Source of the DNA: Daphnia carinata
Taxonomy: Eukaryota
Length of the DNA: 64,000 nucleotides
Direction of reading: 5' to 3'
Assembly (NCBI RefSeq): GCF_022539665.2
Contig: NC_081331.1
Location: 3,224,001-3,288,000 of the forward strand
In this document: piece after piece, positions 15,088 to 26,023 of the stretch
Position numbering within the stretch: position 1 is the first letter of the stretch
Layout: every line of letters begins with the position of its first letter
Notes under the pieces: generated by a model
What the model saw: the letters and a program-made list of their open reading frames with translations, nothing else
What the model was told of the DNA's origin: nothing
Databases searched by the model: none
Program-made: the position numbers and the translations under genes

Positions 15088-15937
15088 TTAGAACTGTTCC
15101 AGAAAGTTAATATAACCTTCCTTCTCCTTTGATGTTGCTGGTACATAGTGGCCTCCTGAATGACACATTATGTAAGGTGATTCAAAATAGGTTGTCAACT
15201 CTTCACTCATTTCTGGTACAAAAAAAAGTTTTTCAAATTGTATTCCATAGTGCACACAAGATTTACTGTAAAGTTTCCTACCTTTCTCCACAATTCTGTC
15301 TGTTTCTCCTATTACATGTAAAGTGGCAATGGTTTGTTTGGTTTTATAAAAGTATGTATGAGGGCTTAATCTGGAACGGAAGCCAGACACGAGAATGGCA
15401 AACTTAAATGAAAAATGCAAATCTAAAAAAATGATTTGGGATTACAGTTCTGAAATGTTTGCTTGATATTTGTTCACCTCCTTTATCAAGCATGTGACAT
15501 AGAATTGAGCCAAGAGCAGCTCCTTGGGAGAAGCCTAAAATGCCATCAAATGGCCCCAGCTCTTCAAATGCTTTTCTCACAACTTCGATGGATTCTTCGA
15601 GCCCCCAGCTGTAGTCTGTAGCGTCATGGGAATTGAATGTCAATTGTTCTGTGCTGAAATACCAGCCCCTCTGTTCCTCTACTTTTTCATTTGCAGGAAC
15701 TGCCTGTAGATTTTCCATGCTTTCATCTTGGATAGCTGAATGGGCTGGAATAAGATGAGGTGCACTGATGTACACTAATTCTGCATGCTTCTTCAGAAGC
15801 TTCCTGAGTGAGCCCGTTTTATCTTTGAAAACTTGTGCACTTTGACGGTATCCATGTAAACACAGTATCTGCAAAAAAAAAAAAGTGGATGGGTGGCGAA
15901 TTACATTTAAAAAATCTAATATTTTTACCTTTCGCAT
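15088..15937 (-). CDS. OVCA2: Serine hydrolase FSH1/OVCA2 family esterase
   Basis: Exons 15937-15929, 15868-15478, 15422-15282 and 15212-15088. MRK-ILCLHGYRQS, nucleophile elbow GPFDGILGFSQGA, TLHVIGETD, and HSGGHYVP. Confidence 0.9.
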
Positions 15938-16394
15938 GACAGAACAGAAAACATAAAACTCAAACTCATGCAGTAATCCAATGGCAGACTTCGTCTGCAA
16001 TAGCAGAAAACATTTTACACTGATTTGGAATTTAAAACTTTTTTGCGGTAACGGTTCAAAATTTTAAATTGCAACGGTTTACATACATACTGGTATGCAC
16101 TACGTACTGGTATGCTTCTATCATTATGACAATCATGGGTCACCAATATAAACGGCTTAATAAAAAAACAAAACCTTAATATTTATATTATAAGATTGAA
16201 CTAGGTTCGTTCAATTAACAAAATACGAAAAACAATCAGCAGATGCTATTTTTAAAAATATTTAATTTTGAAAATAGAGAAAATTGCTGGCTCGAGGCTT
16301 TGTTATCTCACTACTCTCCTAGTCTGGACAACATAATGGGAGAAAAATCGCGTTTTTTTCAAATTTGTTCACAGTTATTTTCAACTGCCTGTTC

Positions 16395-16497
16395 AGTGAA
16401 CTTCTCAGTTTCCAACTGAATTTCCCCAGTTTTTAAGTGAATTTCTCAAATCTCTGAGTAAATCTCTTGAGTGTCTAAGTGAATTTTCAAAGCCAAA
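16395..16497 (+). repeat. Five degenerate ~21-nt tandem units (core A(G/C)TGAA(T/C)TTC) directly upstream of the KH gene ATG
   Basis: Cores start at 16395, 16415, 16436, 16457 and 16478 (spacing 20, 21, 21, 21). Confidence 0.7.
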
Positions 16498-18075
16498 ATG
16501 AGCCGATTAATTTACGGAATTGCTGCAGGTGTGTCAGCTTTAGCGACTTACCATCTGTATACCAGCACAAGACGTGACTCAGTTTCTTCGATTGGTGTTG
16601 ACGTCTCGAAAGGGAAAAGTTCTGTCGATCCCTTTACTTTGCCTGTCGACATCAACGATGAACCATCACCTTCAAGCAAAGTTTCAAATGAAGACCTTGA
16701 GGCTGAGCTTGCTCAGTTGTACGAAGATGTGTTGCGTATCACGCAGGAAAGGGATGAAGCCACTCTGAATGCGAAGAAATTATCCGAAGAGCTGTCTAAG
16801 GAGACATCAATGCGCTGTTATCTGCAAACAAAGAGTGCAAGTCTTCTTCACGAACACAACACTCAGCAACAGATGTACGAGCGAAAACTTGATGATCTCC
16901 GAACCGCAAATCGCGATGCGATTGCGCTGCACGAAGACCTGTGTCAGCAAAAATTCGTGCTACAGTTGGACAATGCTCGTCTCCAGAACCAAGTTGACGT
17001 GATCTCAACTGATTTGATCAACGTAACAGCTGAAAGAGACGAAGTCGTTGTGAAGAATGGCATTCTGGCTGAAGAAGTCCGTGATGTTCAATGCAAGTTG
17101 CAGGGAGCACTGTCCAATGTACAGAACCTGCAAGTTGCACTTGATTCCCACGGCAAAGAGTTGCTGAAACTTGCTGCTCGTCTTGACACTAGCATAGCGA
17201 AGATTTCAGAACTCGAATTAGTAAACGGTTGCCAAAGCAACAAAATTGCCGAACTGGAAAGGAGCGTACAAGAGTGGGCCACCAAGTCGAGCCCCGTCAT
17301 TTCGGAGAAACCTGTGGCTGCTCAGGTGGAAAATGGGAAACCTGAGGTGCGTGATCCCGAACTGCGTGTTTGTGAGGGCAACACCGTGCCATCTGTAGAC
17401 GAGTCTGCGCGCCCATCTCACCAAGCCTCTGTGAAGATCGCTCAGAAACCCAAAGTTCCAATATTTCCTTGTATGGATATCCGTTACAGAAACACAGATA
17501 TTCAAGGATATACCGTCACGCTGGAATCTTCCGGGGGAATTGAGGTTAACAGCAGCCCAAAGCAAGATCCTGTCGCAGAATGTAAGCCCATGACACCAGC
17601 TCCAGCGAAACAGGGGCCTCTGCCTAAAGTAGGATCTTACACTTTCAAAGTTATCGATGCCGTGGATGAAAAGGAGTTACCTGATAGCTACCAATTGCTG
17701 AAAATTGGAGGTGAGCATTACGGCCATATTATCGGCAGAGAAGGGAAGAACATCAAGGCATTTCAAGAGGCGCACGGCGTAAGAGTAGTCGTTACTCCAC
17801 CAAGAGGACCTAGCGGCAAAGTTCGAGTGTTCATTACACAAGGAAGCCGAGAATCGCGTCGCAACGTTGCTAAACAAATTGTGCATGGCTTACCTGCCAT
17901 GGTTGAAATTGGTGTTGGCTCGATGGCATCTCTGACTCCTCAACGAAGAAAGAAATTGTGGCAGACGTATTTTGTTGACATCACCGAAGAGGGATCCGAT
18001 GGCAAATGCGTTTTGCGTGGAAAATTAGGCAATTGTCTGCGTCTTTTCAAAGAGCAGAGAATTGAAAAAGTCTAA
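16498..18075 (+). CDS. Intronless 525-aa protein: N-terminal hydrophobic anchor, long coiled coil, Pro-rich linker, type-I KH domain plus a degenerate KH-like tail
   Basis: Uninterrupted ORF with good start context (CAAAATG). N-terminal MSRLIYGIAAGVSALATYHLY, heptad-rich aa ~60-260, and KH signature 'GHIIGREGKNIKAFQEAHGVRVVV'. AATAAA at 18339-18344. Confidence 0.85.
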   Translation: MSRLIYGIAAGVSALATYHLYTSTRRDSVSSIGVDVSKGKSSVDPFTLPVDINDEPSPSSKVSNEDLEAELAQLYEDVLRITQERDEATLNAKKLSEELSKETSMRCYLQTKSASLLHEHNTQQQMYERKLDDLRTANRDAIALHEDLCQQKFVLQLDNARLQNQVDVISTDLINVTAERDEVVVKNGILAEEVRDVQCKLQGALSNVQNLQVALDSHGKELLKLAARLDTSIAKISELELVNGCQSNKIAELERSVQEWATKSSPVISEKPVAAQVENGKPEVRDPELRVCEGNTVPSVDESARPSHQASVKIAQKPKVPIFPCMDIRYRNTDIQGYTVTLESSGGIEVNSSPKQDPVAECKPMTPAPAKQGPLPKVGSYTFKVIDAVDEKELPDSYQLLKIGGEHYGHIIGREGKNIKAFQEAHGVRVVVTPPRGPSGKVRVFITQGSRESRRNVAKQIVHGLPAMVEIGVGSMASLTPQRRKKLWQTYFVDITEEGSDGKCVLRGKLGNCLRLFKEQRIEKV

Positions 18076-18114
18076 ATTTTCACTTTGGACGTCATCTCTC
18101 TGTTTGGTTCATCT

Positions 18115-18258
18115 TGTACATACTGATAATATCTTTCTGTACTGATACTCACAAAATTGTTCTGTTTGATCCCTCAAACCACAAAATTCCCAGTTTCAAT
18201 ATGCGATACATTGATGTTTTTTTTTTTGTGTGATTTTGTGTTGTACATACTGTAAATA
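18115..18258 (+). promoter_or_regulatory. Three Pumilio response elements (UGUAHAUA) in the 3' UTR of the KH gene
   Basis: TGTACATA at 18115-18122, TGTACATA at 18242-18249 and TGTAAATA at 18251-18258, all between the stop (18075) and AATAAA (18339). Confidence 0.6.
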
Positions 18259-18590
18259 CCTTTCTTTACATATGTTTCTTGGCCACAAAATTTTACGTTT
18301 CGACTAAATCATACTCAAAATTCACAATTTGGGTATTCAATAAAATTTTTAAAAAATAACATTTCATGTTCTCAATTGTTATTTAATTATCCGTCTCCCT
18401 CTACAATAGTAACAACAAAATGGGCTTAACAGAAAATCAATCTTGTTCAAACTTTAACCGACACACAGTGAGCAATATAAACGAAAACTATTATTACATA
18501 AACCGAAATTCATTCAAGATTATTAGAGTAATCTAAAAAACGAACCCTCACATAAATATATGTAAGCAAAACATTTTTTTTTTTTTTTGG

Positions 18591-21500
18591 CTAGTTGATA
18601 TCAACGGAGTATTCCGTGGCAGTCCCGTTCGCTTCTGCGGCCGCAACAGGCATTTTGGCACTACTGTTAACTGACGTTGAATGATCGGCTGAAGAGGAAT
18701 GAGTCCGTCCGTGTTCGCTTAAATGGCTCTTGCGGGCGAAAGTCTTGGAGCAGACGGTACAGCGGAACGGTTTGACCCCGCTGTGCAGCTTCAGATGAGC
18801 TTTTCGGTTCTCCTTTCGAGCGAATCTTTTCGGACAGACTGGACATGAGTAGGGCCTGTCTCCGGTATGCGAACGCATGTGAATATGGAGATTTCGTCGC
18901 AATGCGAATTCTTTTCCACAGCTGGCCTCTGGACATGTAAATCGCCGGCTTTGCGTGTGGATGCGGACGTGGCCTTGCAGGTTGCTGAGGCACGGAAACG
19001 ATTGATCGCATCGGTCGCACCGGAATGGACTCGTTGCTGAAGATTCCGGTTGCTCTTTCCGCGTCACAGAGGATGAACTGGAACAAGCTGATGAAAAGAG
19101 AGAAGAAGAATCTGAGCTGTCGGACATCTCGGAATCTTTGCCATTCCTCTCTTCCGAAATCTCTTCCGGCACGGCATTGGCCGCTTTCTGCGCATCCGAC
19201 AGCGTGATTTCGGATGCGTGCGACGAAGATGTCACCGAGATGTTGTCATCCTCGTCATTCAATTCTTCCTCTTCTTCGTCGTTGAAACTCCGCGATTCTT
19301 CCGGCACGTCCGTCGCTTTATCCTGTTCCATTGCCGACGGATGTTGTGCCGATCCGCTGGAAGGTAGCGGTTCATTGTGACTGAGCAAATGATTCTCCAA
19401 TTCGGCCCGGAAGAAGAACTTGAGATGACAGCGCGAGCAGTCGTATGGTCTCAATCCGGCGGCGCCGCCATGCTGGTCGAACATGTGGCGTTGCAAATTG
19501 ACGGCGGCGGTGAAGAGGCATCCGCACAAATAGCAGGCGAAAGCTGGGCAGCCGGCGAAAGTGTGCTCAATTAGATGGGCCTGCAATTTGAGCGGCGTGT
19601 CGAATTGGCGGGCGCAAAGGCGGCAAGGATGCAAACATCCCTCCGACAGCAAGTGGCTGGCCACGTGAGATTGGATCTCGGCTTCGGTGGCGAAAATCTC
19701 CTGACACTTGATGCACTGATAGCTCCTAGGCGTCGGTTGCGGTACAGCTGGAAAGAGGGCCGTTTGTTGGTGGACCATCATCTGATTGTGGGCATGAAGA
19801 CAGTCTTTGCAAATGTAAGTCTGATGGCCGTTTAAAGCCATGCCATTGGCAATCAAGTTGGCAGACTCCAGATGACGGTGGCAGAAGGAACACGGATACA
19901 GGGATGGTTCTGGTTGCGGAGGTCCGGCTGACCGTCCGGCAGCGTGGAAGCGAGCATGCAAACCGACTTCCAAGGGTAAGTTGAGCGTCTGTCGGCAAAC
20001 CAAGCAGGTCAACGGAGGTGATGTGCTGGGGCCGTGCGGAGGCGATTGCAGATGGGCGTAATAGGCTTCCTCGGTCGGCAAAGGGACGCGGCACTGGGCG
20101 CAAACGGCAGCGCCCGACACTTTGCAGTGAGACAGCTTGTGTTCGGCCAAGACTGAAGCCGTCGGAAAAATCTCATCGCAAATGTTGCATTTCATTCGGC
20201 CATTTGCAGCCGGTGATGGCAGTAAGTTAGAGCTAGACGGGCCAGTGCTACTTGGCGGATGATGGGCATTCTTCATGTGAGCCTCCAGCTCCGATCTCGA
20301 TTTGCACGTTTCGCCGCAATAAGCGCAATTGAGGCTCAAGTTCAGCACAGTGGACGTTGTCGAGTTATTTTCCGATTTGTCCGTCTTTTCCACTTTGGCC
20401 GGAGTCGAATTCTCGCTAGTTATGGCCGCCAACGGTGCTTCGATTAAAGGTAATCCACGACCTTGATGAGTTAGATGCATGTGCCGTTCCAGCAAGAATT
20501 CGACGGCGAAGGACTGCGGGCAAAGTGGACATTTGAGCAGGGCAACAGGTTGTTGCTTAACAGGCGGAATTCGTGACGTGTGGGCCACCACGACGTGGGT
20601 GTTGAACTCCGCTTCTGTGCGGAACACGGAAGGCGCTTCATCCGTTGGCGGACAGCCGGTGCAACGGTAGAGTTTCGATTCGCTACTATGCTGGACGGCC
20701 AGATGGACCTGGATTGAGACTTTCGAGTCGAACGTTTCCTTGCAAAGAGCGCAACGATAGAGATGGTGGGCGTGCATGTCCAGCAAGTGTTTCTGGAGCT
20801 CGTCCGGCGTCGGAAAACTCTTGACGCAGGAGGAGCAACCGTACTCGTTCCAGCTGCAAACTAAATGTCCAGCCACGTGTGACTGGAACGCTTCCGTTTC
20901 CGACTGTTTGAATTCGGACGGGCATTGCGGGCAAGAAAAGCGGCCTTCCGTTTCTTCTTCCACTTCATTCCGCTTCTTGGGACAACTCAGATCGGTGGGG
21001 AAGTTTTGCGCGTCACACTGGTCAGTAGGTGATCCCATTTTGGCCGCCGGTGCTGGACAATAAAGTTGTAGAAGATCAGCCAGACTATGAGCCGATAAAG
21101 TGTGTTGCTGCAAAGCGGGCAAATTGCCGAATCGCAACGTGCATAACTGGCAAGCGTAAAGTAGTCCTTGTTGTCCGCCATCAGCGCCGCCATGTTGGCC
21201 ATCACGACGACTCAAGGGCCCTAAAAAAAAAAAAAAAAAAAAAAAAGCGAAAAATGAAACTATGATGAATCCGTGACGGCCTTAAAATAAAAGAGGGTAA
21301 TTTTTTTTTTAGTGGCGGATAATTTACCGTGAAGAGTTTGGACGTGAAGGCTGAGCGCGGCCAATGAAGAAAAAGATTCTTTAGCACAGTAAGGGCACTG
21401 GAGGGCGATAGGTGAAACTTTGGCAGTGGCCACCTTCTCGTCCTCTTTGACCACCGCGTCTGATTTCGGCAAGGGACTGGCCATTTCTGAAACCGCAAGT

Positions 21501-22426
21501 TGCAAAGCCGGTCGGATTACACTCGACTTATCCATTTCCGGTGATGTTTGCGGCTGATTCTGATTTTTAAAAAAAGAAAATGATTTTTAAAATGATTTTC
21601 TATTTTGGAAGGAAAGGTCAGGTGGGACTGTGTCGGATCGATACCTGGTACTGCGAAATGGGCGGACTGGCTGGACTGTTGGGCAGTTCCATGGGCGGAG
21701 TGACGGACGATGGAGGCGGATGTTGTTTAATAGCCGTCGATGGGCTCATCGTTCGAACGATTGGAGCGTCGTTTGTTGGCGTGGGTGGTGGTGAAACAGG
21801 TGACGATGACGGCAACGATGTCGGACAAGGCGTCGACGCGTTGGATGATGCGCTGCGGCCGTGATTCGATGTGGCAGACGAGCAGGTGGTTGAAGCTACC
21901 GAAACAGACGAAACGCTGGAACTGGACGAGCAAAGCGATCCGCAACGGGAGCCGGATTCGCGCCGATGGTTGAGCATGTGCGACGTCAATGCGGCCGCCG
22001 TGCTGTAGCCCCGCTGGCAAACGCTGCACTGGAACGGCTTGCGGGTATCGTGCGTCTTGACGTGGATCTTTAAATGATCACTGTAACACACACAGACAAA
22101 GTCGTTGTTGAATTTTTGTTCTACGTTCTTCAAAACAAAATGCTAATATTTTTTTTCGACTTTCAAAAGGATCGAGTTGTTTCTCGTCCTAATAAGGTGA
22201 CCCAATCATTATTCAATAAGCATATTCAATTATTCCAAATCTGATACATCGTTGAAATGTGATTTCCAATGCGTTGGCCGTCAAAACGCCTTAACCAAAA
22301 CAGGCAAACAAAGAAAAAGTTGGAATAATGATTGAAAGATAGGACTAAGGAGATAGTCATGGCGAGTTCGAACCGGAATAATTCGTCCCGTCAAAACTGA
22401 TTTTCTTCTACTTTATTTATTTATTT

Positions 22427-22457
<31 letters not shown>

Positions 22458-24413
22458 GGAGTTCCAACACGTTGATGAAATCATCAAGCGACAGAAATTG
22501 TTGATCGGGTATTTGAAGAAACAGAAAGGAAAACTGACCTTCGTGAAAAGGCGGCCTCGCAGTGTTGGCAGCGATATTTTTTATCGCCCGTGTGGAGTTT
22601 GACGTGACGATCACGAGATCTTTTGTGCTTGAACAGTCGCAAGCAGAAATCACAGCGGAAGGGCATCTCATCGCTGTGAGCCTGGTTTGACCAATTAAGA
22701 AAAAAAAAAAAATGTTAATCAATTATTTCGCTTTTATTTTTTTTGTTTTTTGTTGCTCTCGTCGTGATGAATTTGAAAGATCAAAACGATTCCGTGTCGA
22801 CATTGATGAATGAATTGATAGAAGTGTTTGAGCCAAAAAAAAAAAATGATAATAATAATAAAATACCTGTTCGTGTTTTTTAAGGAGAGATAACCGCGGA
22901 AATGATCGCTGGCAGAAATTGCAGGTGAACGGGACGGAAAGGGCAGAGTTGGCGGCTAATGCGGCGTTCGAATCGCCAGGTGTGCCGCTGGTGCTGGTCG
23001 CAGCCGCCGACAGGACAACTTGGCCGTCGGTAGGCGGCATCTTATCGAATTCCTCTCGTCGAAGCAATTCTATCAAATGCCAAAATTTAGCCGTTTAAAT
23101 CAAGTGATTTCGAAGATTTAAATAAGAAACAAGGAAGAATTTGATCATTACCGACAATAAATTCACGAGTAAAACAGAGAAACAAACGAAAACCACTTCA
23201 CAAATCGAAAGAAAAAAAAAAAAAAAACGATTAGTCAGAAACACCGTGTCCACTTGATTTGTAAATAGCCGTGCACACTAACACAAGTGGTTGGCTAATT
23301 GAGCTCTTTTCGGGAGCGAATAATTTCAAATATTTTTTCCTCCGAGTGTGGAAGGTGTCAAATAATCCTTTGGAATCGTACAGTTGAAGCCGAAAGATGT
23401 TGTCGTTGAAAAAAAACAAAAAAAAACAACACAAACACACTGGAACCAAGTCGGGGAAGAAAAACAGATGTCGTGTAACTCGAGATGAAAAAAAAACAAA
23501 AAAAAAGCCAATCGAGCGTCTAGCAAAAATAACTGGCGTTTTTCACGGTACGTGTTGACTCGACCGAGTTGAGTCGTCTTGTGGTCTCTTCTATGTTCCG
23601 TCCCTCTGCCTTTTGCTTCGTTCTTTTTTCCCTTCTCTCACTTGTTAGCTGCCTCGGTCCGCTATATTGTGGTGGGCTTTGGGAGAAGGTTTCAATCTCG
23701 ACGGGGAACCTTCTTTCTCTCCTCCTTGTGCTCCTCCTCCACCTACTCCACCGAGAAACGGATGGGTGGCGAAGGAGTGGCCATATCAGATAAGAAAAAG
23801 AAGAAGGAAGACGTTAAAAAAAAAAAAGAATCGAAGAAGAACTTTTTTTTTTTTTTTGAAAAGACCCCCACCCAAGACATCATGCCAAGCACCCTCAGCT
23901 CGCGTTCTCGCTCGAACACTCAATCAGAATAAAAAAAAAGGAACATTTTTTTTTTTTTTTTCTTCCCTTCAATTTTTGAAAACTAAATTTCAACTGATGA
24001 TTTTTTTGTGTTGTGCTCGGTCCACATGTTTTGAATCCCACCCGAAAGTAACTGGAGGCTAACATGATTCCTGCACATCTTTTCTCGGGGCATTCCGGTT
24101 ATGTATTTAACCCTATTCAATGTGTTTAAAGGTCCATGTAAGGCGGTTGCTGTAAGTGGCTTTTGATTCCGTTGTTGAAAGAGTGATTCAACAAGATCTC
24201 ACACAAATATCGTCGGCAAAAAGCGAAGCGGACGACGACCAAAGCGGTCCCTCATCTCTTCCTTCTCAGCTATTATAAAAACCTACACACACACACACAG
24301 ACTGGCCGTGCCCAGTCAGGGTAGTAGCTGGGCGGGACTACAGAATCGAATAGAGAGCCAGAGAGCCAAAAAAAGAATTGAAGAAGAAAGAAGGTTCAAA
24401 TAAGCCCAGGGGG

Positions 24414-24451
<38 letters not shown>

Positions 24452-25990
24452 ATTTTTTTTTTTTTTTTTTTTCGACCATGATTTTTTATATGTGCTCCCC
24501 CTCGGTTCCAGGACTGGGAAACAAGACATCAACCATTCAAATGAAGAGAGTCCAAAAAAAAAAAAAATACGCGTGGCTTTAATGAGCGGAGATACCTGAG
24601 TCAAGGAATAGAAGTCAGATAGAGCCATCTACTCACATACAAACTACTATATAAGTCGTAGCGAGTGCAGCAGCGAAACACACAGACATCTTCCTTTTTG
24701 ACAATATAAAAGAAACACCGCGCGCCCCGACATCTCTATATTCGTATATTCCACTCCATCTTAGTCTAACCTTTGTCGTTGTTTCTTTTTTTTTTTTTTT
24801 TTTTTAACTTGCTCATTTCTATGATCGGAGCGTTAAGAAATATAAGGGCACAAGTGAAAGGTGAATCATTTTTTTTCTTCTTTTTAATCGATTATTATTT
24901 AGTATTAATAGATGCGCATCTTGAGATGTCCTCAGTTTGACTGGAAAAAAAAAAAAAAAGAAATACCAGGTTGAAAACCAGTACGAATCGATTGATTGTC
25001 CGTTTACTTTCGCTCAAGAGATAGAGGTGGTCCCTTCACTTCAATCGCGTTTGAATTTCCTATCCGTTTCGGGAGCTAAATTATCATTATCGGCCATGAA
25101 CGTTAAGGAACATATCACCGCCGAGCGGCATATACATAATAAACAAAACTTATATGAAGGTGATGGCTGCAGATGCGAGAGACTCTGGCACACAAAACAA
25201 CCACAGGGCGGCGAGCAAAAGATATAACAACACGTTGAACGAAGGACCGATGAAAATACGAGAACCCGATTGTTTGTGTGAGACGCGGCGGGCCGCAATT
25301 TTATTCCTTTAAGGAAAAAGCTTAAAAAAAAAAAAAAAAAAAGGAAAACAATGGAGATAAATTTATTCGAAAAAAGAAAAAAAAAAAACCGGTTGAAAAC
25401 TACCTTTCCCCCCACGTCGACTAACAACACCAAAAAAAAAAAAGAGGCGGAGAGGAGCGATGATGAAGACATCACACAGTGCGATAGGGACTGCAGTTTG
25501 AAAAAGAGACCCGACGAGAGGGCCACGAAAAATGTGAAATAAGATGTAAAAAAAAAAAAATAATAATAATAAATAAAATAAAAAGTCTGCGGGCATTTCG
25601 AAAAAAAAAAAAAAAGAAAAAAACCTGTGGGTCATCTAGATTAGCTCGTCTCGGGACAAGTTAAAAAAAAAAAAAAAAATAATGAATATGCTACACACAC
25701 ATCTATATGCACGTATAAAAGAAAATAGACCCTCCTTCTAACCATCTAAAGTTCCTCCTCTTTTGCCTCCATCGTCCATATTTTTTTTTTTTTTTTGTAG
25801 CCTCTTTGTTACACCGACAATCTCTTTCGTTCGCTCTGCACCACACATGCACTACAACTATATCTAAATTTTTTTTTTTTTTCTTTTTTTCTCCTTTTTA
25901 TTATTATTACCATTTCTCTCTGTCTCTTCTTCTGCTTTCAGAGAGAGCGGCAAAAAAAAAAAAAAAAAAAAAAATAGAAAATGCTCTTTT

Positions 25991-26023
<33 letters not shown>

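Noticed and set aside
16395..16497. Periodic repeat considered as a CRISPR-like array
   Set aside because: The period is only ~21 nt, the repeats are degenerate, there are no spacer-length unique sequences or cas genes, and the context is eukaryotic.
22340..22380. GTTCGAACC B-box / T-loop-like motif (tRNA or SINE)
   Set aside because: No cloverleaf, acceptor stem or A-box could be built around it.
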